Made by a program: the position numbers and the translations under genes
Notes under the pieces: model-generated
Databases searched by the model: none
Told to the model about the DNA's origin: nothing
The model's input: only the letters and a program-made list of their open reading frames with translations
Source of the DNA: Okamejei kenojei
Taxonomy: Eukaryota
Direction: 5' to 3'
DNA: 64,000 bases
Assembly (NCBI GenBank): GCA_035221665.1
Contig: CM069171.1
Span: forward strand, 10,478,001-10,542,000
Shown: in pieces, positions 13,752-24,419 of the stretch
Layout: each line of letters begins with the position of its first letter
Numbering within the stretch: the first letter of the stretch is position 1

Positions 13752-16700
13752 ACCCACTAATATCCCACTGTATCCACACTTGTATCCACACTGTATCCAC
13801 ACTATATCCACACTGTATCCACACTATATCCACACTGTTCCACACTGTAGCCCACACTGTATCCACACAATATCCACACTGTATCCACACTGTATCCACA
13901 CCTGTATCCACACAGTATCCACACATATCCACCGACAGTATCCACCTGTATCCCACATTGTATCCACACTATAATCCACACGTATCACACTGAATCCACA
14001 CTATAACCACACTATATCCACACTGTATCCACGTCTGATATCCACACAGTATCTCCACACTGTATCCACACTGTATCCACACTATATCCACACTGTTACC
14101 ACACTGTATCCACACAGTATCCACACAGTATCCAAAACATTATCCTACCCTGTATCCACACTGTATCCACACTGTATCCACACCTGTATCCACACTGTAT
14201 CATACAGTATCCACTCTATATCCACACTGAATCCACACGTACCACACTGTATCCACACTAAATCCACACTATATCCACAACTGTAACCACACTATAATCA
14301 CACTATAACCACACAAATCCAACACTGTATCCACACAAATCCACTCAGTATCCACACTGTATCCACGACTGTAAACCACCCCTATATCCACACTGTATCC
14401 ACACTGTATCCACACTATATCCACACTGTATCCACACTAAATCCATCACAATATCCACACTATAATCCACACTGTAACTCACTGTAGTCCACACTATATC
14501 CACACTAGATATCCACACTGAATCCACAATGTATCCACACATATCCACTGTATCCACGACTGTATCCACACGTGTAACCTCCACACTGTATCCACACTAT
14601 ATCCACACTGTATCCACCACTGATCCACACTATATCCACACTGTAATCCACACTATAACCGACACTATATCCACACTATATCCACACAATATCCACACTG
14701 TTATCCACACTGTAACCACCAATAGATCCACACTATAACCACACAATATCCACACTGTATCCACCACTGTAACCACACTATATCCACACTATTATCCAAA
14801 CTATACCACACTATATCCACACAGTATCCACACTATATCCACACTATATCCACTGTAATCCACACTGTTAAATCCACTACTATATCCCCTCTTTATCCAC
14901 ACTATATCCCACACTGTATCCACACAATCTCCACACAATAACCACACTGTATCCACACTGTATCCACATCTATCTCCACACTATATCCCCACAGTAATCC
15001 ACACTTATCCACACTATATCCACTGTATCCACACTATATCCACACAATAATCCACACTGATTCCACACTGTATCCACACTATATCCACACAAAAATCCAC
15101 ACAAAATCCACACTGAAATCCACACTACTGTATCACACAATCACCATATCACACACTGTATCCACACTAGATATCCCCACTGTATCCACACTGTAACCAC
15201 ACTATACCCCACTATATCCCAACTTAAACCACACTGTATCCACACTATATCCCACACTAAATTTTCCCCACATAAATCCACATGTATCCAACTGAATCAC
15301 ACACTATATCCACACTATATCCACACTGTAAATCCCACCCTATATCCACACTGTAAATCCCATCACACTATCTCCACACTGTATCCACACTGAAACCACA
15401 CTAAAAACCACCCCATAAATCCACACTGTATCCCCAACTATAACCACACTAATATCCACACAGGAGACCACACTAATATCCCGCACAGTAACCACACTAA
15501 ANNNNNNNNNNNNNNNNNNNNNNNNNNNNNNNNNNNNNNNNNNNNNNNNNNNNNNNNNNNNNNNNNNNNNNNNNNNNNNNNNNNNNNNNNNNNNNNNNNN
15601 NNNNNNNNNNNNNNNNNNNNNNNNNNNNNNNNNNNNNNNNNNNNNNNNNNNNNNNTCCACACTGTAATCCACACTGTAACCCCACTGTATCCACACTTAT
15701 ATCCACACTGTATCCACAACTGAAACCACACTATATCTACACTGTACTCCACCCTAATCTACACTGTATCCACACTATATCCACACAAAATATCACACTG
15801 TATCCACACTATATCTACAACTGTATCCACACTATATCCACTCTGTATCCCACTATATCTAACACTGTATCCAAACACTATATCCACACTGTTCCACTGT
15901 ACCACACTATATCCACACTGTATCCACACTATATCCACACTGTATCCACACTATATCGAACACTGTCTCTCACTATATCCACACTGTATCCACTCTGATC
16001 TACACTGTATCCACACTATAATCCACACAATATCTACACCTGTATCCCCACTATATCTACACTGTATCCACACTATCTCCACACAGTACCACACTATATC
16101 TACACTGTATCCACACAACATATAATCCACACTTATCCACACTATATCTACACTAGTATCCACACTATATCCACACTGGTATCCACCCTATATCTACACT
16201 GTAACCACACAATTATCCACACGTATCCACACAATATCTACACTGTATCCACACTATATACACACTGAATCCACACTATATCAACACTGTAATCCAACAC
16301 TAATCCTATACAGTCTCCACCACTATATCCCACACTTGTATCCACTGTATCCACACTAGATCCACACTGTAACACTATATCCAAACTATATTCCACACTT
16401 AACACTATATCCACACTATATCCACACTATATCCACACTGTAATCCACACTATATCTACACTGTATCCACACTATATCCACACTGTATCCACACTATATC
16501 TACACTGTATCCACACTATATCTATACGTATCCACACTATATCAACACTGTATCCACTGTATCGCACACCATATCCACACTGTAACACATATCCACACTA
16601 TATCCACACTGTATCCAACGACTGTATCCACACTGTATCTCACACAATATCCACACTGTATCCACACTGTATCCACACTGAATCCACACTATATCCACAC

Positions 16701-16990
16701 TGTATCCACAGCTGTGACCACACTGTATCCACACTGTATCCACACTAATAAATCCACACTGTATCCACACTGTATCCCCACACTATATCCACACTGTATC
16801 CACACTGTATCCACACTGTAATCCACACTGTATCCACACTGTAATCCAAACTATATCCACACTGTATCCACACTGTATCACACTGTATCCACACTGTATC
16901 CACACTGTATTCCACACTGTATCCACACTAAATCCACACTGTAATCCACACTGGTGACCTACAGCGTGTATCCACACTGTATCCACACTC
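13752..16990. repeat. 11-bp tandem satellite (ATCCACACTRT)n
   Basis: Hundreds of atccacactgt/atccacactat units; internal gap 15502-15655. Confidence 0.97.
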
Positions 16991-16994
16991 TCCA

Positions 16995-17460
16995 AGCGGA
17001 ACGATCACCTTCTTCTGTCGCAAGGGGCACGCCAGCGGACGTGCTACGTCACGTGGCAGCGTCGGACCCGGAAGACCCTGGCGGCGGGCCTCTGCCACGG
17101 AAGTGTGATCCCCGGAAATAAGGTGGGAGCCGCGCCTCGGGCCCGGGGTCGGGGTGAGTGGCGGCTCTCCGGCCCCTCCCCCCTCCCGCCCCTTCTCCCC
17201 CTCCCCCCCCCCCCGCACCCGCTCCCCCGGGCCCCCCTCCCCCCGGCGCCGCGGGAGAAGCCCCGACTCCGTCCCTGTTTAAAATAAACGGAGACGCCGC
17301 GGCCGCAGCACCGGGGGAGGGGGGGGCGCTGTGGCTGCGAGCCAACAACAAGCTGCCGGCGGCCCGGCGCCGGGCGCGGGCAGCATCTTGGTGGGGAGCG
17401 GGCCTGGGTTCGGGCACCTCACAGCAAAGATCCCACAAGAATCTTTGCTTCAGAGCGCCC
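16995..17460 (+). promoter_or_regulatory. CpG-island promoter and non-coding exon 1 of the small plus-strand gene
   Basis: CpG-rich; ctacgtcacgtgg (CRE/E-box-like, 17044-17056); ETS-type ccggaag 17068, cggaagtg 17098, ccggaaat 17112; donor GGG|GTGAGT at 17153/4 (alternative AAG|GTGGGA at 17122/3). Confidence 0.7.
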
Positions 17461-17469
17461 CGAGCTCAC

Positions 17470-17950
17470 GGATCAGTCACAGGTCAATGTGAGGGGTCAC
17501 AGGGTCAATGTGGTGGTCACAGTGTCAATGTGAGGGGTCACAGGGTCAATGTGGGGTCACAGGGTCAATAAGGGGTCACAGGGTCAATGTGAGGGTTTAC
17601 AGGATGGAGAGTGAGGGGGTCAATGTGAGGGGGCACAGGGTCAATGTGGGGGGCCATAGGGCAATGAGAGGGGTCACAGGGTCAAGTGAGGGGCCACTGG
17701 TCAATATGAGGGATCACAGGCAATGTGTGAGGTCACAAGATCAATGTGAGGGGTACCACTGATGGGAGAGTGAGGGTTCAGTGTGAATGGTTTAAAGGGT
17801 CAGTGGTGTGAAGGTTGAGGGTCCCATTGTGTGAAGGGTTAAAGGGCTCAGTTAGGGTCAGTGTGTGAAAGGGTTCAAGGGTCAGTTATTGGTCAGTGTG
17901 TGAAGGGTTAAAGGGTCAGTTAGTAGGGGTCAGGTGTGAAGGGTTAAAGT
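17470..17950. repeat. Minisatellite (~20 bp gggtcacagggtcaatgtga, then a gggtcagtgtgtgaagggttaa variant)
   Basis: Direct tandem units visible. Confidence 0.9.
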
Positions 17951-18039
17951 GTGGTGGTGGGGTGGGGAGGGTTCAAAGGAGATCAGCGTGGGTCAGTGTG
18001 TCTTTGTAACAGCTATACAGGATTGCTGATTCTGTTGTT

Positions 18040-18870
18040 AGAGGGGTCGCTCTGCCTCACAATGCTGAGACCCTGGTTTGATCTTGACCTCAGTGCTGTC
18101 ATGTGTGGAATTCGTAAGATCATAAGTGATAGGAGCAGAATTAGGCCTTTCGGCCCATCAAGTCTATTCCACATTTCAAGTCATAGTCATAGAGTGATAC
18201 AGTGCGGAGGCCCAACTTTGCCCACCACCGGGCCAACAATGTCCCAGCTCACTAGTCCCACTTTGCCAGCATTTGGGTTCCATAATCCCTCCAAACCTGT
18301 CCAGTCCATGTACTTGTCTAACTGTTTTCTTAAACGATTGGATAGTCCCCAGCCTCCAACACCTCCTCTGGCAGCTTGTCCATACACCCACCACCCTTTG
18401 TGTGAAAAAGCTCTACCCCTCTGAATTTCCTATTAAATCTCTCCCCTTCACCTTGAACCTATGTCCACTGGACAATCATGGCTGATCTATCTCTCCCTCC
18501 TAATCCCATTCTTCCTTGCTTCCTCCCCATAACCTCTACAATCCGTACTAATCAAGAATCTATCTATCTCTGCCTTAAATATATCCACTGACTTGGCCTC
18601 CGTAGCCGTCTGTGGCAAAGAATTCCCCAGATTCACCCACCACCCTGACTAAAGTTTTGCATGTTCAACGCCAGTGACCGCCGTGGGTTTCCTCCCACAT
18701 CCCAAAGTCGGGTTGCGTTTATAGTTAGTTGCCCCTATGTAACTTGCCATTGGTGGTGCAGGGAGTGGATGAGAAAAGTGGGATAGCATAGAACTAGTGT
18801 GAACAAGTGATCTAGGTCAGCATGGACTAGGGTGGGCCGAAGGGCCTGTTTCCATGCTGTATTTTTTTCA
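18040..18870 (+). mobile_element. SINE containing two nested reverse CR1 3' ends
   Basis: SINE head 18040-18110, CR1 tail 18111-18175 split by a second tail (18176-18470) and resuming at 18471-18650; SINE resumes at 18651. Confidence 0.65.
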
Positions 18871-19548
18871 GCATGTGAGACTCCGGAGTTAGCTTGAGGG
18901 GTTTTGGGTGATTGACCAGGGGTATAGGAAATTGTGCCGCTCATGTTTGTAACAAATTCTTTCCATACTCTGTGGTGTAAGTCTCAAACATTGAAGATTT
19001 TTGAAGTATCCTTGTGACGGTGTTGGATTAAGATGTCGGCGGGATGTGGAGGTTTAACGGCTCGGAGCTGGTGCAGCAGGTAAACCAAACTGCCCACTAT
19101 TATGTATTTCCCAGAGCAATAACGAGAAAGTAGTTAAACAGTAATTTAACCACCTGTGGCTCTACCTTGCTGTTTACACTCTGACTCAGAATGTGGCGTC
19201 CGCAGGTCCTTGCATCTGAAGAAGGGTCCCCTCGACCAAGGCACGGGTCGTGAGGATTACTCAGGGTGGGCAGTCAGTCGGCTTTTAAAACATTTTAAAA
19301 CCACGCATGCACAGATTGTTCTCCTCTCCGTAAAAAATAAAAAATAAAAATAAAGAAAGTAACAATTCAATTTGCCCAAGGCTTCCAAATCTCCCCATCA
19401 TTCTGAATTAGTGAATGGATGGAGGGTGGAGGGTGACGGCAGGTGGAGAGATGGTAGGTAAAAACGGGAGCACACCGGAACAATTGGATCAGTTGTGAAT
19501 CAGTTCAACAGTAACTAGTTCAAGGGACCAATTGGGGAGAGAGTTCCT

Positions 19549-20398
19549 TTCAACAGCGTGTGGGGAGTCCGACCAGGGTAAAGTTGGCAGGGGAGGGTCA
19601 CAGCGTTGAGAAGGAGGGGGTCGGGGATCATGGCAGTAACTCACTCGCTCACCGCTGCCCCCGCGACGCTCTGGCGCACGGAGCCACTGGCATTGTGGCG
19701 GGGGAGGGAAGCAGCTCGCGTGGCTATGAGTGGCCGCCGGGACCGGACCGGGGAACCGACCGCCATCTCAGAGCCTTCTGCTGGCCCACTCACCTCTGGC
19801 CGTGCTCTCTGTCTGAACAGTGAGGGGACCAGCTCAAGAGCAAAGATCATAGAACGGAGCGGGTCAGTGGGTGATGGATAACAGGACAGCGGGTGGTGGA
19901 GCTTAAACTTGTGTCAGCTCGAACAAAGGACCAATTGAGGCTACTTGCACTGACATATGGAGTAAGCTTCACTGCCCGCTGTCGTGTTATCAATTGCCCG
20001 CTGACCCGCTCTTGAGCGAGTTGCTGGCATGATCCCCGACCCCCTCCTTCTCAACGCTCCTGCCCTCCCCGCAACTTTACCCCTGGCCAGACTCCCCACA
20101 TGCTGTGAAACAAATTCTTCCTTCCCCCCCCCCCCCCCCCCACTACCAGCAGCGCTGTCCTTTTGCAGTCCGCTTCCCACTTTACAGCCGCTTCCCATCA
20201 GCTTGCTAACAATGAGGGATAGACGTGGCCAGTCCCTCAGTACAGCAAATTTCCATTCTTGATGTCGCTTGTTCTGAGGAATAGTTAAGTCTATCTTTCT
20301 TGCCTAACAACCCAACTTTCGGCCTTCAAGGTGCAGGTACATTTTCGTGCCTCATTTTTAGGTAACAAATAGTGTCTTCATTGCCGGGAAATACGGTA
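19549..20398. mobile_element. Tc1/mariner-pogo-like non-autonomous element remnant with internal inverted repeat
   Basis: ~100-bp inverted pair 19549-19646 / 20014-20110; right end ccgggaaatacgg|ta. Confidence 0.4.
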
Positions 20399-20439
20399 TT
20401 TAAAAACATTTAGCTCAGAGGGAAGTAAATGAACTACGT

Positions 20440-20965
20440 TCCAAGAAGCTCTTCATTAATTATGGTTTAATAACAACAAAAAAACTTCTGGAAAAACGCA
20501 ACCACGCCAACGTTCAAAATGTGGATTTCAAATATGGCGGAAACGCTACATCTTGAAGAAATGCGATTCCTCCTACTAGGCAAAGTAGACCAATTCTTAA
20601 TGACTTGGTCTCCTTTTATCGGCTTTTTACAAGCATATGGTGCAACATAACATAACCTTAGAAATTAAATGGTTCAGAACCGGGTGACGGATGGTTAAAA
20701 ATACGAAATAGGTAGATCTCTCCTAATTTCTTTTCTCTCTCTTTTTCTTTGAATCTTCTTAGCTTTTGATCTCTGCTCTCTGTCTCTCTCGCTATCTGTT
20801 TCCACTCGCTTGTCTATCTATTTCGACACTCTTTATTTCCCTTTTTCTTTCACTGTTCTTTTATTATTAAATTAAAAATAAAAAGTTGTACAAGAATGGT
20901 AATGTGTATGTATGTATTAGGTACTTAGGTACCACACCACTGTACTTACTTCTAACAAAAAAAAA
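20440..20965 (+). mobile_element. L1-clade LINE 3' fragment
   Basis: ggtttaataacaacaaaaaaa..ttctggaaaaa..tggatttcaaatatgg (LITAKK..FWK..W motif), T-rich 3' UTR and A tail; related to 40751-41492. Confidence 0.65.
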
Positions 20966-21580
20966 CATTTAGCTCAAAGAAATCTACTTACCACATTATT
21001 TGTACACGAACTCCATTCTTCTCTCTTTGTTTCTTAAGATACTCTTAAGATAATGACAATCCATGTTTGAAAAACCCGCCAAGAAACTTGTGCATGCACA
21101 GTCCATCGTGCAAAGGCAGAATTTCAGCTGCCTTCAGCTCCCCTTGTCATTGTCACATTCCCGTAATACATGTACTACGCATGAAAGGCACAGAGAATTA
21201 TGCCTATCTTAGAGATCGATCTCTTAGGTAAGCATAATTCTCCCATGCCTTTACTATTTATATTTGATAATTATCACTTTATAATGTTTGTCAGGGTAGG
21301 CAGTGCCTACCTTGCCTACCCTGACGGCACGTGCCTGGTCTCGACCCAAAATGTCACCTATTCCTTCTCTCCAGAGATGTTGCCTGTACCGCTGAGTTGC
21401 TCCAGCATTTTGTCTGTCTTGCGTCTGCAGTCTGTGACTGCTAGACTGGCTGCTTGTCTCTACTGCACCCTCCTCTCCCTGCCCCCCACACGCGCTTGCC
21501 TCCCCGGCACCTCTCCGCTCTCTCGTCCTCACCGTGTCACTTAATTTTGGATTCAAACTGACTGTCTTTGCCCACTGAAG

Positions 21581-21712
21581 ATGGCTCTGTGGAACTGGCT
21601 GAACCGTGACGACGAGGGAAGCAAACAGCTACTGAAGGCGGTGACCGGGGCCCGAGTTGCTCACTCACTTCTACAGTGCCTGACAGGACAGGACAAAATA
21701 GACCTGTACAAG
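21581..21712 (+). CDS. Coding exon 2 of a small unidentified gene (MALWNWLNRDDEGSKQLLKAVTGARVAHSLLQCLTGQDKIDLYK)
   Basis: Acceptor ctgactgtctttgcccactgaag|ATG, 44 open codons, donor AAG|GTAATG, phase 0; unique sequence among repeats. Confidence 0.8.
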
Positions 21713-21795
21713 GTAATGACTGAGCCAGCCTCCGATTGATATAAGAGGCCATTTGGCCCATCAAGTCACTGTTGCCTTGCCTTAGCAGCATTCCC

Positions 21796-21934
21796 GGGGT
21801 GGGAGATTGCAACCTTCACGTGGTCCCGCCCTGTTTTGAACGAATGCAATCAACCTGGCGTGCACAATCAAGTAAGATCAAATAGAACAACTTGTCCGAC
21901 AACTTAGGTGTTCACGCCACACGCAAGAAGAATA
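21796..21934 (+). mobile_element. Short 5'-truncated retroposon (RTE-like AAG tail) with 12-bp TSD
   Basis: agcagcattccc at 21784-21795 and 21935-21946; aagaagaata tail; second copy at ~56541-56695. Confidence 0.7.
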
Positions 21935-23068
21935 AGCAGCATTCCCCTTCACTTATTTACACTGAACCTATTGTTCCTCGTCTGAGGAAGGGTCACGAGC
22001 CGAAAACGTCCACCTAATCCTTTTCTCCAGAGATGCTGCCTGACCCTGCTGAGTTACTCCAGCAATTTGTGTTTATCTTCTATTGTCCCCACATTCCCCA
22101 TAAATACTACCTTCACCTACACAATGGGGGTAATTTATGGCAGTCATTTAGTCAAGTCAGGTTTTATTCGTCACTTGCACATAAAGTGCAATTAAATAAA
22201 TTTGCCAGCAGCAGTACAACAAAAAAAGATCATACAATACACAATAAAAATTTAACACAAACATCCAGCACAAAGTTTGGTCAGTCCTCCTCCATTTTCC
22301 CCCGTGGTCGGGATCACAACCCTCCACAGTGGCCGCTGCGGGCGTCCAGATGTGCAGACAAGGTAAGTCCATTTAACCTACCAATCCGAATGTCTTTGGG
22401 ATGTGGGGGAAACCGGAGCACCCGGAGGAAACCCATGAGGTCACAGGGAGAATGTTACAAATGCCGTAAAGACAGCACCCGTAGTCAGGATGGAACCAGG
22501 CAGGTGAGGCAGCGGCTCCACCTTGTGACATTGTGGCATAACAGTTCCAGAAGCAAAATCCCAATGTCTGCAAATGCGCAGAGGACGAATCGGACAGTAC
22601 CCGAATTTATGGATGTATTGTTCAGAAGCCGGACAACAGAGGGGAAGAAGCTATTCCTCAATCTAGTAGTGTGCGCTTTCAAGCTTCTGCATCTTCTGCC
22701 TGATGGAGCAGGGAGAAGAAGGAATGATGGTGGTGGGATGATGGGTGGTGAGTGGTGATTCTGTGGTGTTTTCTAGGTCCTTGGTGATTGTTTGATTATT
22801 GATCGATTGATAGTTTATTCGTCAGTTCATGAGTTCTAGGAGCAGAATAAGGCCATTCAGCCCATCAAGTCTACTCCGCCATTAAATCATGGCTGATCTA
22901 TCTTCCTCTCCCATTCTCCTGCCTTAACCCCTAACACCGTCACTAATGAAAAATCTGTCAATCTCAGCCTTAATATCCATTGACTTGGCCTCCACAGCCG
23001 TCTGAACACAAGTGTGCACAATGTCAGTACTTAAAGGGTGCCGAGAAAGTTACAAAAGTATTCAACAT

Positions 23069-23247
23069 GTTTAAGAAGTAACTGCAGATGCTGGAAAAAT
23101 CGAAAATAGATAGAAATGCTGGAGAAACTCAGTGGGTGAGGCAGCATCTGTGGAGTGAAGGAATAGATGAAGTTTCGGGTCGAGACCCTTCTTCAGTCTG
23201 ATTCCTTCACTCCATAGATGCTGCCACACCCGCTGAGTTTCCCCGCC
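23069..23247 (-). mobile_element. Penelope-like 3' end with inverted segment and 14-bp flanking duplication
   Basis: aaagtattcaacat at 23055-23068 and 23248-23261; internal inverted repeat ~23124-23164 / 23201-23241. Confidence 0.7.
23172..23196 (-). ncRNA. Penelope-type minimal hammerhead ribozyme core motif
   Basis: Minus strand reads CTGAAGA-A-GGGT-CTCG-ACCC-GAAAC (CUGANGA, stem II, GAAA); stems I and III not verified. Confidence 0.55.
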
Positions 23248-23431
23248 AAAGTATTCAACATAATCCCTCTTCCTTCTTTTCCCCCGGGTCCCTCTTAGTT
23301 CTCTTAGCCCCCCACCCCATGCCCGGTCTCTCCTTGTTCTCGGCAGCGCGTCCTCGACCGATGATATTGGGTGAAGCTCACAGATATTTGCTACTTCCAG
23401 GGAAATAACTGCATCCCGTTCATCTCTGCAG

Positions 23432-23557
23432 AAGCAATGTATCCTGGGCATAGCGGAGTTTGTGAAGAAGAATCCTCGTGCGTCGCAGACTGAGCTGAAC
23501 AACGAGCTGAAGAAACACGTGATGCTGTTCGCAGCCAGGGTCCACGCCCTGGGATAG
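23432..23557 (+). CDS. Coding exon 3 (last) of the small gene (KQCILGIAEFVKKNPRASQTELNNELKKHVMLFAARVHALG*)
   Basis: Acceptor cccgttcatctctgcag|AAG, phase 0 matching exon 2, GC3-rich codons, TAG at 23555-23557. Confidence 0.8.
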   Translation, partial: KQCILGIAEFVKKNPRASQTELNNELKKHVMLFAARVHALG

Positions 23558-23782
23558 GCCCCCGTCAAACACCGGACTGCAGGACGATCCCAGTCGCGCA
23601 GCACAGAACCGGACCCTTCAGCCCATCAAGCCCATGCCAGCCCTTCTACACTTATCCCACGCTGACCTTCCCCACTGAGCGTGGGTCTGTGGACCTGGGC
23701 ATCCTTTCTTGATGCTGCTTTGGTAAACGTTTCGTACCGTACTTCTGTCCCTGTGATATTCCCTGTTTCTGTTGACTCGTGG

Positions 23783-23788
23783 AATAAA
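23783..23788 (+). terminator. Polyadenylation signal of the small gene
   Basis: AATAAA ~225 nt after the stop, with a TG-rich tract downstream. Confidence 0.6.
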
Positions 23789-24068
23789 ACCCATGGTAAT
23801 TTGAAGCTTGCCAACAATGTGATTTGATGCTAGTGCCTTAATACGGAGCCTAGACTAATACCTTGTGGTAGTTAAATTATTGCAGCATTAAACATATCCT
23901 TTAAACACTCTACTAAGCAAGATTAAATCTCTGCACACTAACCATTTCTCTGCAGTCTTGAATATGTCATCTTCTTGTGATATTGAAATCTTTACATTAA
24001 AAAAAAAATCACGATCCTGCCAGTCGCACTGAGACTAGAAGGAGGTCCATTGAATTGTGGCGCATGTG

Positions 24069-24419
24069 TCAGGACTTGAAGCCACCTTCTAGTGTTGACC
24101 AGTCAGCCATTGGTGGACGGGGAAAGCTTGGAGGCTGAGATCTAAGTTGCAGTTGACACAAGCTCTGGTTGGATGGCCAGTGGGTGCTGCGAGTGGTCGA
24201 TCGGACTGTCGGTAGACCGGTGTTGCAGCGAGCGAGCGGGCAGACTGACGGATCCGGCCCTATGAGGGTGCTGAAGGCAGTCCGGGCAGTGCTGCTCCCC
24301 ACCATCATCACCAAGATAATCCAGAAGGGCACGCTGGCCGAGGTGGACACGCTGCAGGACCACACGTACGGACCCCGCAGCCGGTCCCAAAGCAGCTCCA
24401 GTTCCAGCCGTGGGCAGCT
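24069..24419 (-). CDS. Candidate terminal exon, unidentified (SCPRLELELLWDRLRGPYVWSCSVSTSASVPFWIILVMMVG...GGFKS*)
   Basis: Strong acceptor cctaactcgccccccccttccag|; 117 codons to TGA in phase 0 with high GC3; a second frame is also open to 24142. Confidence 0.45.
   Translation of the reverse strand, partial: SCPRLELELLWDRLRGPYVWSCSVSTSASVPFWIILVMMVGSSTARTAFSTLIGPDPSVCPLARCNTGLPTVRSTTRSTHWPSNQSLCQLQLRSQPPSFPRPPMADWSTLEGGFKS

Noticed and set aside
13020-16995. ORFs such as VDTVWIQCGY repeats; possible CRISPR-like or telomeric array
   Set aside because: Translations of an 11-bp satellite and of N gaps; no unique spacers and not TTAGGG.
17049-17571. Pro/Gly/Ala-rich ORFs in the CpG island
   Set aside because: Non-ATG starts and GC-driven lack of stops; better explained as promoter and intron 1.
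23071-23604. 177-aa minus ORF
   Set aside because: Antisense shadow of exon 3 running into a Penelope fragment.
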